DNA of 64,000 nucleotides from Escherichia coli (GTDB lineage Bacteria; Pseudomonadota; Gammaproteobacteria; Enterobacterales; Enterobacteriaceae): NCBI RefSeq assembly GCF_024502345.1, contig NZ_JALDNN010000001.1; one strand, 5' to 3'. Shown piece by piece: positions 50,364 to 64,000 of this stretch (position 1 is its first letter; each line of letters starts with the position of its first letter). The notes under the pieces were generated by a model. It saw only the letters and a program-made list of their open reading frames with translations, ran no database searches and was not told where the DNA came from. The position numbers and the translations under genes were made by a program.

Positions 50364-50612
50364 GTAGTCACCCTCACTTTTTGTGACAACATTATTAAGA
50401 AGCAAGAAAAGACAAATATTGCGTCAGGTCACTTTTACCCCTGCAAGCGGGAATATTTATCAGCATTACCTTAATCAATATAAAGCTAAGCCAGTAATTC
50501 ACAACAAAGATTGGCGATTCAAGCGGTTTGCCGTAGAATTACCGCCCTCATTAAGAGTCACCAAGGTGGTTAACCACAAACCCCGCATCGGTAAGCCATC
50601 CGTTGCGTTTAC

Positions 50613-51749
50613 ATGGGACAGAGTAAAAAATTGAATAAACAACCGAGTTCGCTTTCACCGCTGGTGCAATTGGCGGGAATTCGCAAATGCTTTGATGGTA
50701 AAGAGGTCATTCCCCAGCTGGATCTGACTATCAACAATGGCGAGTTCCTCACGCTGCTTGGCCCTTCTGGCTGCGGTAAAACAACCGTTCTTCGCCTGAT
50801 TGCAGGTCTGGAAACTGTTGATTCCGGACGCATCATGTTGGATAACGAGGACATCACCCACGTTCCGGCGGAAAACCGCTATGTGAACACTGTTTTCCAA
50901 AGCTACGCACTTTTCCCCCACATGACCGTGTTCGAAAATGTGGCCTTTGGGTTGCGCATGCAAAAAACCCCCGCTGCTGAAATTACGCCCCGCGTGATGG
51001 AAGCCCTGCGGATGGTGCAGCTGGAAACCTTCGCTCAACGTAAACCGCATCAGCTCTCTGGTGGTCAACAGCAACGCGTCGCCATTGCTCGCGCGGTGGT
51101 TAACAAGCCTCGTCTGTTGTTGCTGGATGAGTCGCTCTCAGCGCTGGATTACAAACTGCGCAAGCAAATGCAGAACGAGCTGAAAGCGTTACAGCGTAAG
51201 CTTGGCATTACATTCGTCTTCGTGACTCACGACCAGGAAGAAGCACTCACCATGTCGGACAGGATTGTGGTGATGCGCGATGGTCGCATTGAGCAAGACG
51301 GCACGCCGCGTGAAATCTACGAAGAGCCGAAAAACCTGTTTGTTGCCGGGTTCATTGGCGAAATCAATATGTTTAACGCCACTGTCATCGAACGTCTCGA
51401 CGAGCAGCGCGTACGCGCCAACGTTGAAGGCCGCGAATGTAATATCTACGTTAACTTCGCCGTTGAACCGGGGCAAAAACTGCATGTTCTGCTGCGCCCG
51501 GAAGACTTACGTGTTGAAGAGATTAACGACGACAACCACGCTGAAGGGCTGATTGGTTACGTTCGCGAGCGTAACTACAAAGGCATGACGCTGGAGTCGG
51601 TTGTTGAACTGGAAAATGGCAAGATGGTGATGGTCAGCGAATTCTTCAATGAAGACGATCCTGACTTTGACCACTCTCTCGACCAAAAAATGGCCATTAA
51701 TTGGGTAGAAAGCTGGGAGGTCGTACTGGCTGATGAAGAACACAAGTAA
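50613..51749 (+). CDS. potA: Spermidine/putrescine ABC transporter ATP-binding protein
   Basis: 378 aa with Walker [10 protein letters not shown] and signature LSGGQQQR. Confidence 0.95.
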
Positions 51750-52590
51750 GTTCCAGAATGTAGTGATTGTCACTATTGTCGGTTGGCTTGTGTTGTTTGT
51801 CTTCCTGCCCAACCTGATGATCATTGGCACCAGCTTTTTGACCCGCGACGACGCCAGTTTCGTCAAAATGGTCTTTACGCTGGATAACTACACACGTCTG
51901 CTCGATCCGCTCTATTTTGAAGTGCTATTGCACTCGCTGAATATGGCGCTGATCGCCACCCTCGCCTGCCTGGTGCTGGGCTACCCGTTTGCCTGGTTTC
52001 TGGCGAAGCTGCCACACAAGGTGCGTCCGCTGCTGCTGTTTCTGCTGATTGTTCCCTTCTGGACCAACTCACTGATTCGCATCTACGGGCTGAAAATTTT
52101 CCTCAGCACCAAAGGCTACCTCAACGAGTTTTTGCTCTGGCTGGGCGTTATCGACACACCAATCCGTATCATGTTCACGCCCAGTGCGGTGATTATCGGT
52201 CTGGTTTACATTCTGCTGCCGTTTATGGTGATGCCGCTGTACTCCAGTATCGAAAAACTGGATAAGCCGTTGCTTGAGGCGGCGCGCGATCTCGGTGCCA
52301 GCAAGTTACAGACTTTTATCCGTATCATTATTCCACTGACGATGCCGGGAATTATTGCCGGATGTCTGCTGGTTATGCTGCCAGCGATGGGCCTGTTCTA
52401 TGTGTCCGACCTGATGGGCGGTGCGAAAAACCTGCTGATCGGTAACGTCATCAAGGTCCAGTTCCTTAATATTCGTGACTGGCCGTTTGGTGCAGCTACC
52501 AGCATTACGCTGACTATCGTAATGGGCCTGATGTTGCTGGTTTACTGGCGCGCTTCTCGTTTGCTGAATAAGAAGGTGGAACTCGAATGA
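51733..52590 (+). CDS. potB: Spermidine/putrescine ABC transporter permease PotB
   Basis: Track ORF of 285 aa; the annotated protein may begin at the internal GTG at 51763 (275 aa). Confidence 0.9.
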
Positions 52591-53381
52591 TCGGTCGACT
52601 GCTTCGCGGCGGTTTTATGACCGCTATCTACGCGTACCTGTATATCCCAATCATTATTTTGATTGTGAACTCCTTTAACAGCTCGCGCTTTGGCATCAAC
52701 TGGCAGGGTTTTACCACCAAATGGTATAGCCTGCTGATGAACAACGACAGCCTGTTACAGGCAGCGCAGCATTCACTAACAATGGCGGTGTTTTCGGCGA
52801 CGTTTGCTACGCTTATCGGTTCACTGACGGCAGTTGCGCTGTACCGTTATCGCTTTCGTGGTAAGCCGTTCGTTAGCGGAATGCTGTTTGTGGTGATGAT
52901 GTCACCAGATATCGTGATGGCGATTTCGCTGCTGGTGCTGTTTATGCTGCTGGGTATTCAGCTTGGCTTCTGGTCGCTGCTGTTCTCGCATATCACCTTC
53001 TGCCTGCCATTTGTGGTGGTGACGGTGTATTCGCGCCTGAAAGGTTTTGACGTGCGAATGCTGGAAGCGGCGAAAGATCTCGGTGCCAGTGAATTTACCA
53101 TTCTGCGAAAAATCATTCTGCCACTGGCAATGCCTGCGGTGGCGGCGGGCTGGGTGTTAAGCTTTACCCTGTCGATGGACGATGTGGTAGTTTCTTCGTT
53201 CGTCACCGGACCAAGCTATGAAATTCTGCCGTTAAAAATTTATTCGATGGTCAAAGTCGGCGTATCGCCGGAAGTTAACGCGCTGGCAACCATATTACTG
53301 GTGCTGTCGCTGGTGATGGTTATTGCCAGCCAGCTTATTGCTCGTGATAAAACGAAAGGTAACACAGGGGACGTTAAATGA
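52587..53381 (+). CDS. potC: Spermidine/putrescine ABC transporter permease PotC
   Basis: 264 aa; 4-bp overlap with potB. Confidence 0.95.
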   Translation: MIGRLLRGGFMTAIYAYLYIPIIILIVNSFNSSRFGINWQGFTTKWYSLLMNNDSLLQAAQHSLTMAVFSATFATLIGSLTAVALYRYRFRGKPFVSGMLFVVMMSPDIVMAISLLVLFMLLGIQLGFWSLLFSHITFCLPFVVVTVYSRLKGFDVRMLEAAKDLGASEFTILRKIILPLAMPAVAAGWVLSFTLSMDDVVVSSFVTGPSYEILPLKIYSMVKVGVSPEVNALATILLVLSLVMVIASQLIARDKTKGNTGDVK

Positions 53382-54424
53382 AAAAATGGTCACGCCACCT
53401 GCTCGCGGCGGGTGCTCTGGCACTGGGCATGAGCGCCGCTCACGCCGATGACAACAATACGCTGTATTTCTACAACTGGACCGAGTACGTGCCGCCAGGA
53501 CTGCTTGAACAGTTCACCAAAGAAACCGGTATTAAGGTTATCTATTCGACTTACGAGTCGAACGAAACCATGTACGCCAAGCTGAAAACGTACAAAGACG
53601 GTGCCTATGACCTGGTGGTTCCTTCAACCTATTACGTCGATAAAATGCGTAAAGAGGGGATGATCCAGAAGATCGACAAGTCGAAGTTAACGAACTTCAG
53701 CAATCTCGATCCAGACATGCTCAATAAGCCGTTTGACCCGAATAACGATTACTCCATTCCGTATATCTGGGGTGCGACGGCGATTGGTGTTAACGGTGAT
53801 GCGGTGGATCCAAAATCTGTCACCAGCTGGGCCGATCTGTGGAAGCCAGAGTACAAAGGCAGCCTGCTGTTGACCGACGATGCCCGTGAAGTGTTCCAGA
53901 TGGCGCTGCGTAAGCTGGGCTACTCCGGTAACACCACCGATCCGAAAGAGATTGAAGCTGCATATAACGAGCTGAAAAAACTGATGCCAAACGTCGCAGC
54001 GTTTAACTCCGATAACCCGGCTAACCCGTACATGGAAGGCGAAGTTAACCTCGGCATGATCTGGAACGGTTCTGCTTTCGTTGCACGCCAGGCGGGTACG
54101 CCTATTGACGTGGTGTGGCCGAAAGAAGGCGGCATATTCTGGATGGACAGCCTGGCGATCCCGGCAAATGCCAAAAACAAAGAAGGCGCGCTGAAATTGA
54201 TCAACTTCCTGCTGCGCCCGGATGTGGCAAAACAGGTTGCTGAAACTATCGGTTATCCAACGCCAAACCTTGCGGCGCGTAAGCTGTTAAGTCCAGAAGT
54301 GGCGAACGATAAGACGCTCTACCCGGATGCTGAAACCATTAAAAATGGCGAATGGCAGAATGACGTTGGCGCAGCCAGCAGCATTTATGAAGAGTATTAT
54401 CAGAAGCTGAAAGCAGGACGTTAA
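53378..54424 (+). CDS. potD: Spermidine/putrescine periplasmic binding protein PotD
   Basis: 348 aa with signal peptide MKKWSRHLLAAGALALGMSAAHA. Confidence 0.95.
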   Translation: MKKWSRHLLAAGALALGMSAAHADDNNTLYFYNWTEYVPPGLLEQFTKETGIKVIYSTYESNETMYAKLKTYKDGAYDLVVPSTYYVDKMRKEGMIQKIDKSKLTNFSNLDPDMLNKPFDPNNDYSIPYIWGATAIGVNGDAVDPKSVTSWADLWKPEYKGSLLLTDDAREVFQMALRKLGYSGNTTDPKEIEAAYNELKKLMPNVAAFNSDNPANPYMEGEVNLGMIWNGSAFVARQAGTPIDVVWPKEGGIFWMDSLAIPANAKNKEGALKLINFLLRPDVAKQVAETIGYPTPNLAARKLLSPEVANDKTLYPDAETIKNGEWQNDVGAASSIYEEYYQKLKAGR

Positions 54425-54430
54425 TTCAGC

Positions 54431-54461
54431 AAGCGGGCGGTGGTATTACCGCCCGTTTTTT
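54431..54461 (+). terminator. Rho-independent terminator after potD
   Basis: GCGGGCGGTG-gtatta-CCGCCCG followed by TTTTTT. Confidence 0.75.
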
Positions 54462-54481
54462 AGTTAGCAAGGATGTGACTA

Positions 54482-54943
54482 ATGAGTCAGGACAGTAAAG
54501 TTTTCTTTCGTATATTCTTCGGTATCGGTCTGGTACTGATCCTCATTTCTGTTGTTATCTTTTATAACCAGTTCACCTATAGCAAAGACGCGATTCATAC
54601 CGAAGGCGTCATTGTTGATACCGTCTTGCACTCCAGTCATTCTCATCGCACGGGTAAAAATGGTTCGTGGTATCCCGTCGTTGCCTTTCGACCGACGCCA
54701 GATTACACGCTAATTTTCAATTCGAGTATTGGCAGCGATTTTTATGAAGACAGCGAAGGCGATAAAGTTAATGTTTATTATTCTCCCGGGCATCCTGAAA
54801 AGGCTGAGATAAATAACCCGTGGGTTAATTTTTTTAAATGGGGGTTTATCGGCATTATGGGCGTTATTTTTATCGCCGTCGGTTTATTAATCAGTATGCC
54901 CTCCTCTAAAAAATCACGCAGGAAACGGAAGTCCCGTCCATGA
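54482..54943 (+). CDS. ymfA: Inner membrane protein YmfA
   Basis: 153 aa with N- and C-terminal TM segments; conserved position downstream of potD. Confidence 0.8.
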   Translation: MSQDSKVFFRIFFGIGLVLILISVVIFYNQFTYSKDAIHTEGVIVDTVLHSSHSHRTGKNGSWYPVVAFRPTPDYTLIFNSSIGSDFYEDSEGDKVNVYYSPGHPEKAEINNPWVNFFKWGFIGIMGVIFIAVGLLISMPSSKKSRRKRKSRP

Positions 54944-54990
54944 AAAAAATCATAATACTGCTCAGTTTACTGATACTTCTGCCTCTGACG

Positions 54991-56047
54991 GGCTTTGTTG
55001 AATAAATCGAACTTTTGCTGAGTTGAAGGATCAGATCACGTATCTTCCCGACAACGCAGACCGTTCCGTGGCAAAGCAAAAGTTCAAAATCACCAACTGG
55101 CCCACCTACAATAAAGCCCTCATCAACCGTGGCTCCATAACTTTCTGGCTGGATGATGAAGCTATTCAGGCCTGGTATGAGTCAGCAACACCTTCTTCAC
55201 GAGGCAGACCTCAGCGCTATTCTGACCTTGCCATCACGACTGTGCTGGTCATTAAACGCGTATTCAGGCTGACCCTGCGCGCTGCGCAGGGCTTTATTGA
55301 TTCCATTTTTTCTCTGATGAACGTTCCGCTACGCTGCCCGGATTACAGCTGTGTCAGCAGGCGGGCAAAGTCGGTTAATGTCAGTTTCAAAACGCCCACC
55401 CGGGGTGAAATCGCACACCTGGTAATTGATTCCACCGGGCTGAAGGTCTTCGGTGAAGGCGAGTGGAAAGTCAAAAAGCATGGCCAGGAACGCCGCCGTA
55501 TCTGGCGTAAGCTGCATCTCGCCGTTGACAGTAAAACACATGAAATCATCTGCGCTGACCTGTCGCTGAACAACGTTACGGACTCAGAGGCCTTCCCCGG
55601 GTTAATCCGGCAAACCCACCGGAAAATCAGGTCAGCCGCCGCCGATGGCGCTTACGATACCCGGCTATGTCACGATGAACTGCGGCGTAAGAAAATCAGC
55701 GCGCTTATCCCTCCCCGAAAAGGTGCGGGTTACTGGCCCGGTGAATATGCAGACCGTAACCGTGCAGTGGCTAATCAGCGAATGACCGGGAGTAATGCGC
55801 GGTGGAAATGGACAACAGATTACAACCGTCGCTCGATAGCGGAAACGGCGATGTACCGGGTAAAACAGCTGTTCGGGGGTTCACTGACACTGCGTGACTA
55901 CGATGGTCAGGTTGCAGAGGCTATGGCCCTGGTACGAGCGCTGAACAAAATGACGAAAGCAGGTATGCCTGAAAGCGTGCGTATTGCCTGAAAACACAAC
56001 CCGCTACGGGGGAGACTTACCCGAAATCTGATTTATTCAACAAAGCC
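54991..56047 (+). mobile_element. IS903-like insertion sequence, copy 2, 1057 bp, with perfect 9-bp target-site duplication
   Basis: Same terminal inverted repeats as copy 1; CCTCTGACG at 54982-54990 and again at 56048-56056. Confidence 0.92.
55068..55991 (+). CDS. IS903-type DDE transposase
   Basis: Translation identical to the copy at 37181-38104. Confidence 0.85.
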   Translation: MAKQKFKITNWPTYNKALINRGSITFWLDDEAIQAWYESATPSSRGRPQRYSDLAITTVLVIKRVFRLTLRAAQGFIDSIFSLMNVPLRCPDYSCVSRRAKSVNVSFKTPTRGEIAHLVIDSTGLKVFGEGEWKVKKHGQERRRIWRKLHLAVDSKTHEIICADLSLNNVTDSEAFPGLIRQTHRKIRSAAADGAYDTRLCHDELRRKKISALIPPRKGAGYWPGEYADRNRAVANQRMTGSNARWKWTTDYNRRSIAETAMYRVKQLFGGSLTLRDYDGQVAEAMALVRALNKMTKAGMPESVRIA

Positions 56048-56822
56048 CCTCTGACGGTAACCAGTAAGCCCTTAATCCCAATAATGAAGACACTTTTTAC
56101 GGATGTTACAGGTACTGTACCGGATGCTGAGGAGATTGCGCGGAAAGCGGAGCTTTTTCGTCAACAAACAGGGATTGCGCCGTTTATCGTGGTTGTACCT
56201 GGCGTTAATGAAGCAAGCTTCAGGCAAAATGGCAAAGCGATGCTGGCGCATGCGTCATCTTCATTGAGTGATGTAAAAGGAAGTGTTCTGTTACTTTTTA
56301 CTACACGCGAGCCACGGTTAATTATGATAACCAACGGCCATGTTGAAAGCAGCATGGACGATAAGCATCTCGGCCTTCTGGTAGAAAATCACACGCTGGC
56401 TTATTTACATGCGGATCTCTGGTATCAGGGAATCAATAATGCATTGGCTGTTTTACAAGCACAGATATTAAAACAACCGACGCCGCCACTGACATATTAT
56501 CCGCATCCCGGACAACAGCAGGAGAATGATCCTCCCGGCAGCACCACGACATTAGGCCTTTTTGCCTGGGCGGTTGCATTTATCGTCTTTACTGCATTTT
56601 TTAACTACACGACGCGCCTTAATTATGCATTAAAATTTGCAGTGGCGATGACTATTGCCAATATGGGCTATCAGGCTTTATGCCTGTATATCGATAATAG
56701 CTTTGCGATTACCAGAATATCGCCACTCTGGGCAGGGCTGATTGGTGTCTGTACGTTTATTGCCGCGTTGTTATTGACGAGTAAACGGTAAAAGAGATAG
56801 TAAAATGCGTGTGTATTATGCC

Positions 56823-56920
56823 GGATGCGACGCGAACGCCTTATCCGGCCCACAAACCCGCAAATTCAATTAATTGCGTCCCCTTGTAGGCCTGATAAGC
56901 GTAGCGCATCAGGCAATGCT
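56823..56920. repeat. REP/BIME-like palindromic repeats between ycfZ and cobB
   Basis: GCCGGATGCGACGCGAACGCCTTATCCGGCC and GTAGGCCTGATAAGCGTAGCGCATCAGGC match the REP consensus. Confidence 0.6.
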
Positions 56921-56927
56921 TCCTGCT

Positions 56928-57749
56928 TTATAATCCCTTCAGCAACTTTTCAACAAATTCTGGCACCACCTGGCTTGCCGGGCCGTAATATTTCTCGGCA
57001 AATTCATTACCAACCTGACTCGGTTCAAGATTCAGTTCCACGGTGTGCGCGCCATGCAGTTTCGCTTCGTGAACAAACCCAGCCGCCGGATAAACATGCC
57101 CCGAAGTACCAATGGCAATGAAAATATCGGCCATCGACAACGCCATATAAATTTCATCCATGCCGAGTGGCATTTCGCCAAACCACACTACGTGCGGGCG
57201 CAAGGGTGCCGGGAACTGGCAGCAATGGCATTTATCTTCTGGGGTAACGTCTCCGGTCCAGTCGAGAACCTGACCACTTTGTGAACAACGAACTTTCAGC
57301 AGTTCCCCATGCATATGAATCACATTGGTATTACCTGCGCGTTCATGCAGGTTGTCTATATTCTGCGTCACCAGCAAAAAGCGATCGCCGAGAGCATCTT
57401 GCAGTTTAGCCAGCGCAAGATGCGCGGCGTTAGGCTGAATTTCTGGCTGCTGCAGCTGTCGACGACGGGCGTTATAAAACGCTTGCACCAGTTCAGGATC
57501 GCGATCGAAACCTTCCGGCGTTGCCACATCTTCAACCCGATGTTCTTCCCACAGGCCATCTGCGGCGCGAAAGGTACGAATACCTGATTCCGCAGAAATT
57601 CCTGCCCCTGTCAGTACGAGTACTCTTGGTTTTTCCATTGCTTCCGGCACCACTTTATCTCTGAAAAAAATACGCTGACGCAAACGCTCGCGCAGGCGGC
57701 GTTTATTTTTACGAAAACGACTTAACCGATGACCCCGACGCGACAGCAT
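56928..57749 (-). CDS. cobB: NAD-dependent protein deacylase (sirtuin), long isoform
   Basis: 273 aa with Sir2 motifs [10 protein letters not shown] and the Cys zinc cluster. Confidence 0.9.
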   Translation of the reverse strand: MLSRRGHRLSRFRKNKRRLRERLRQRIFFRDKVVPEAMEKPRVLVLTGAGISAESGIRTFRAADGLWEEHRVEDVATPEGFDRDPELVQAFYNARRRQLQQPEIQPNAAHLALAKLQDALGDRFLLVTQNIDNLHERAGNTNVIHMHGELLKVRCSQSGQVLDWTGDVTPEDKCHCCQFPAPLRPHVVWFGEMPLGMDEIYMALSMADIFIAIGTSGHVYPAAGFVHEAKLHGAHTVELNLEPSQVGNEFAEKYYGPASQVVPEFVEKLLKGL

Positions 57750-57764
57750 AGCAACCTCTGTTGT

Positions 57765-58676
57765 TTAATCGGTTAGATGTAGGAAGGCCGCACCACGCAT
57801 TCCTCCCACATCACCGTGGCGCGCGCGTTCAATGCGCGGAACACGAGCTACAGGTAAGAGATGACGAGGCAGCCTGTCCGCCAGTTGCGTTGTGATTGCC
57901 GGGAAATTCGATAAGCCACCACCAATGACGACCAGGTCAGGGTCAACGATGGTCAGGATATTTCCCAGACAAACCGCTAATAAATCCAGATAACGCTCAA
58001 CGTGCGCCCTTGCCTGCTCGTCGCCTTGATCATAAAGCGCAATAATTTCGGGAGCCTGCAACGGTTGATGATAATAGTGTTGATACAGCCACGCAAAACC
58101 GCGACCAGACAGATAATTTTCAATGCAGCCATGCTGACCACAGCCGCAGCGGCGTAACGGGAAATCCAACCCCATCATGGTTAACGCATCAACCGGCAGA
58201 CGCATATGGCCAAACTCGCCGGTAATGTAGCTTTTCCCGGTAATCGGTTTGCCGTTGAAAATCAGCCCGCCGCCAACGCCAGTGCCGAGAATCAACCCCA
58301 TCACCAGTGGATATTGAGTAAATTCATCATCCCAGGCTTCTGAAAGGGCAAAACAGTTGGCATCGTTATCAAGGCGTACATCGCGATCAAGACGTGCGCT
58401 CAGGTCGGCACGCAGCGGTTTACCGCTGGCAGCGGGGACATTGGCGGCATACAGCGTACCATCTTCTGTTTCCGGCATTCCCGGAATACCGATGCCGACA
58501 GAACCTTTACAGCCAAAACGTTGGTCAGCTTCAGCTACCAGCTCACACACTGCATCTAAAAATGCGTCATAGCTGTCACGCGGTGTCGGCACCCGCTTTT
58601 CCAACTGCAACTGCCGACCGCTATCAAACACGCCAAGCGCAATTTTTGTTCCACCAATATCAAACCCGTAATACAT
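57765..58676 (-). CDS. nagK: N-acetyl-D-glucosamine kinase
   Basis: 303 aa from [23 protein letters not shown]... (ROK family). Confidence 0.9.
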   Translation of the reverse strand: MYYGFDIGGTKIALGVFDSGRQLQLEKRVPTPRDSYDAFLDAVCELVAEADQRFGCKGSVGIGIPGMPETEDGTLYAANVPAASGKPLRADLSARLDRDVRLDNDANCFALSEAWDDEFTQYPLVMGLILGTGVGGGLIFNGKPITGKSYITGEFGHMRLPVDALTMMGLDFPLRRCGCGQHGCIENYLSGRGFAWLYQHYYHQPLQAPEIIALYDQGDEQARAHVERYLDLLAVCLGNILTIVDPDLVVIGGGLSNFPAITTQLADRLPRHLLPVARVPRIERARHGDVGGMRGAAFLHLTD

Positions 58677-58704
58677 TGCCGCTCCTTGTTTTAATGTACT
58701 GCCT

Positions 58705-61953
<3,249 letters not shown>

Positions 61954-62103
61954 TCAATCGGCTAAATTGCCATGTTTTATCATCAATCTTGCCGCCTGAT
62001 CTTAATCTGAAAAATCATCCAATACAGACAGATACCCATTACACCTCGGGTCATAACCCGCAGGATCAACCGCATGTAAATTAAAAAAGAGCGTGTTGTC
62101 CTG

Positions 62104-63177
62104 ATGAAACAAAAAGAGCTATGGATTAACCAGATCAAAGGGTTATGTATTTGTCTGGTGGTGATTTATCACTCGGTCATTACCTTTTATCCGCATATGA
62201 CCACTTTTCAGCATCCGTTATCGGAAGTCCTGAGCAAATGCTGGATCTATTTCAATCTTTACCTTGCACCCTTTCGTATGCCGGTTTTTTTCTTTATATC
62301 CGGCTATTTGATTCGCCGCTATATCGACAGCGTACCGTGGGGAAATTGTCTCGATAAACGGATCTGGAACATCTTCTGGGTGCTGGCGCTTTGGGGCGTG
62401 GTGCAGTGGCTGGCGTTAAGTGCGCTGAACCAGTGGCTGGCACCTGAGCGCGATTTAAGCAATGCCTCCAATGCCGCTTATGCCGATTCCACCGGTGAGT
62501 TCCTGCACGGGATGATCACCGCCAGCACCAGCTTGTGGTATCTGTATGCGTTAATTGTCTATTTCGTGGTATGTAAAATTTTTAGCCGTCTGGCGCTGCC
62601 ACTATTCGCCTTGTTTGTACTGCTGAGTGTGGCGGTTAATTTCGTTCCCACGCCGTGGTGGGGAATGAACAGTGTGATCCGCAATTTGCCTTATTACAGC
62701 CTTGGCGCATGGTTTGGCGCAACATTAATGACCTGTGTTAAAGAGGTGCCGTTGCGCCGCCATCTGCTGATGGCTTCTTTGCTGACCGTTCTGGCGGTCA
62801 GTGCCTGGTTGTTTACAATCTCGCTGCTGTTGTCGCTGGTATCGATTGTGGTGATCATGAAGCTATTTTATCAATACGAGCAACGTTTCGGTATGCGCTC
62901 CACCAGCCTGCTGAATGTGATTGGCTCCAACACCATTGCTATCTACACCACCCATCGCATTCTGGTTGAAATATTCAGCTTAACTCTGCTTGCGCAAATG
63001 AACGCTGCACGCTGGTCGCCGCAAGTCGAACTGACACTCCTGCTGGTTTATCCCTTTGTCAGTTTGTTCATCTGTACTGTTGCGGGCTTGCTGGTAAGAA
63101 AACTTTCACAGCGTGCATTCAGCGATCTGTTGTTCTCCCCGCCTTCACTGCCCGCTGCCGTCAGTTACTCCCGCTAA
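62104..63177 (+). CDS. ycfT: Inner membrane acyltransferase-family protein YcfT
   Basis: 357 aa, polytopic membrane protein. Confidence 0.85.
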   Translation: MKQKELWINQIKGLCICLVVIYHSVITFYPHMTTFQHPLSEVLSKCWIYFNLYLAPFRMPVFFFISGYLIRRYIDSVPWGNCLDKRIWNIFWVLALWGVVQWLALSALNQWLAPERDLSNASNAAYADSTGEFLHGMITASTSLWYLYALIVYFVVCKIFSRLALPLFALFVLLSVAVNFVPTPWWGMNSVIRNLPYYSLGAWFGATLMTCVKEVPLRRHLLMASLLTVLAVSAWLFTISLLLSLVSIVVIMKLFYQYEQRFGMRSTSLLNVIGSNTIAIYTTHRILVEIFSLTLLAQMNAARWSPQVELTLLLVYPFVSLFICTVAGLLVRKLSQRAFSDLLFSPPSLPAAVSYSR

Positions 63178-63304
63178 GCCATCGCCCCAGGCGGGGCGAT
63201 TCAATTTGCTAAACCATGTCGATTACGGATAATGAACAGCATTGCTTATCAGAGATATGCCCCCATATGTTGAGGCATATCCTAACGAGAATCTGACAAC
63301 CGTT

Positions 63305-64000
63305 ATGCCTGAACAATATCGTTATACGCTGCCCGTCAAAGCGGGTGAGCAGCGTCTGCTGGGCGAGTTAACCGGCGCTGCCTGCGCGACGCTGGTGGCG
63401 GAAATTGCCGAACGTCACGCCGGTCCGGTGGTACTCATTGCACCAGATATGCAAAATGCTCTGCGTTTGCATGATGAAATCAGCCAGTTCACCGATCAGA
63501 TGGTGATGAATCTGGCGGACTGGGAAACCCTCCCTTACGACAGTTTTTCGCCTCATCAGGACATTATCTCCTCGCGCCTTTCCACCCTTTACCAGCTACC
63601 GACGATGCAGCGTGGCGTACTGATTGTTCCGGTGAATACGCTTATGCAGCGCGTTTGCCCACACAGTTTTCTCCACGGTCATGCGCTGGTGATGAAAAAA
63701 GGTCAGCGCCTGTCACGAGATGCATTACGAACCCAACTGGACAGCGCCGGTTATCGCCATGTTGACCAGGTGATGGAGCACGGCGAATACGCCACGCGCG
63801 GCGCGTTGCTGGATCTCTTCCCGATGGGGAGTGAGCTGCCTTATCGTCTTGATTTCTTTGATGATGAAATCGACAGTCTGCGGGTGTTTGACGTCGACAG
63901 CCAGCGCACGCTGGAGGAAGTAGAAGCGATCAATCTGCTGCCCGCGCACGAATTTCCGACCGATAAAGCGGCAATTGAACTGTTCCGCAGCCAGTGGCGC
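63305..64000 (+). CDS. mfd: Transcription-repair coupling factor Mfd (5' portion, continues past the window end)
   Basis: Open frame from ATG 63305 to the window end: MPEQYRYTLPVKAGEQRLLGELTGAACATLVAEIAERHAG...; not in the ORF track because no stop is reached. Confidence 0.9.
   Translation, partial: MPEQYRYTLPVKAGEQRLLGELTGAACATLVAEIAERHAGPVVLIAPDMQNALRLHDEISQFTDQMVMNLADWETLPYDSFSPHQDIISSRLSTLYQLPTMQRGVLIVPVNTLMQRVCPHSFLHGHALVMKKGQRLSRDALRTQLDSAGYRHVDQVMEHGEYATRGALLDLFPMGSELPYRLDFFDDEIDSLRVFDVDSQRTLEEVEAINLLPAHEFPTDKAAIELFRSQWR

Larger units (their letters stand above)
54940..56791 (+). pseudogene. ycfZ: ycfZ interrupted by an IS903 insertion after codon 17
   Basis: ATG at 54940 encodes [17 protein letters not shown], then IS903 (54991-56047); the reading frame resumes in phase after the element (PLTVTSKPLIPIMKTLFTD...) and runs to 56791. 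Confidence 0.75.

Overview
This window reads as an Escherichia coli chromosomal segment with a K-12-like backbone, in the opposite orientation to the K-12 reference as I remember it. Gene order: autotransporter 3' end (ycgV-like) - dhaR - dhaKLM - treA - [accessory six-gene TonB-dependent uptake operon] - ymgE - ycgR - emtA - ldcA - cvrA - [small ORF + leucine-rich-repeat protein insert] - dadX - dadA - ycgB - fadR - nhaB - dsbB - umuDC - hlyE - ycgN - ycgM - ycgL - pliG - ycgJ - minCDE - IS903 - ycgX - iraM - icd - rluE - nudJ - mnmA - hflD - purB - phoPQ - roxA - pepT - potABCD - ymfA - ycfZ::IS903 - cobB - nagK - lolEDC - ycfT - mfd (5' part). All gene identities come from reading the supplied translations against remembered protein sequences; no search was run. 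I saw no rRNA, tRNA or CRISPR array. The best candidate for an undescribed system is the operon at 7902-14346, which has a ModE-type palindrome over its promoter and replaces the usual ycgY locus between treA and ymgE. Second is a type-III-effector-style LRR protein inserted between cvrA and dadX. Two identical IS903-like elements are also present: one interrupts ycfZ with a perfect 9-bp target duplication, the other has no duplication and sits where K-12-like genomes carry the e14 prophage and the ymg/blu gene block.
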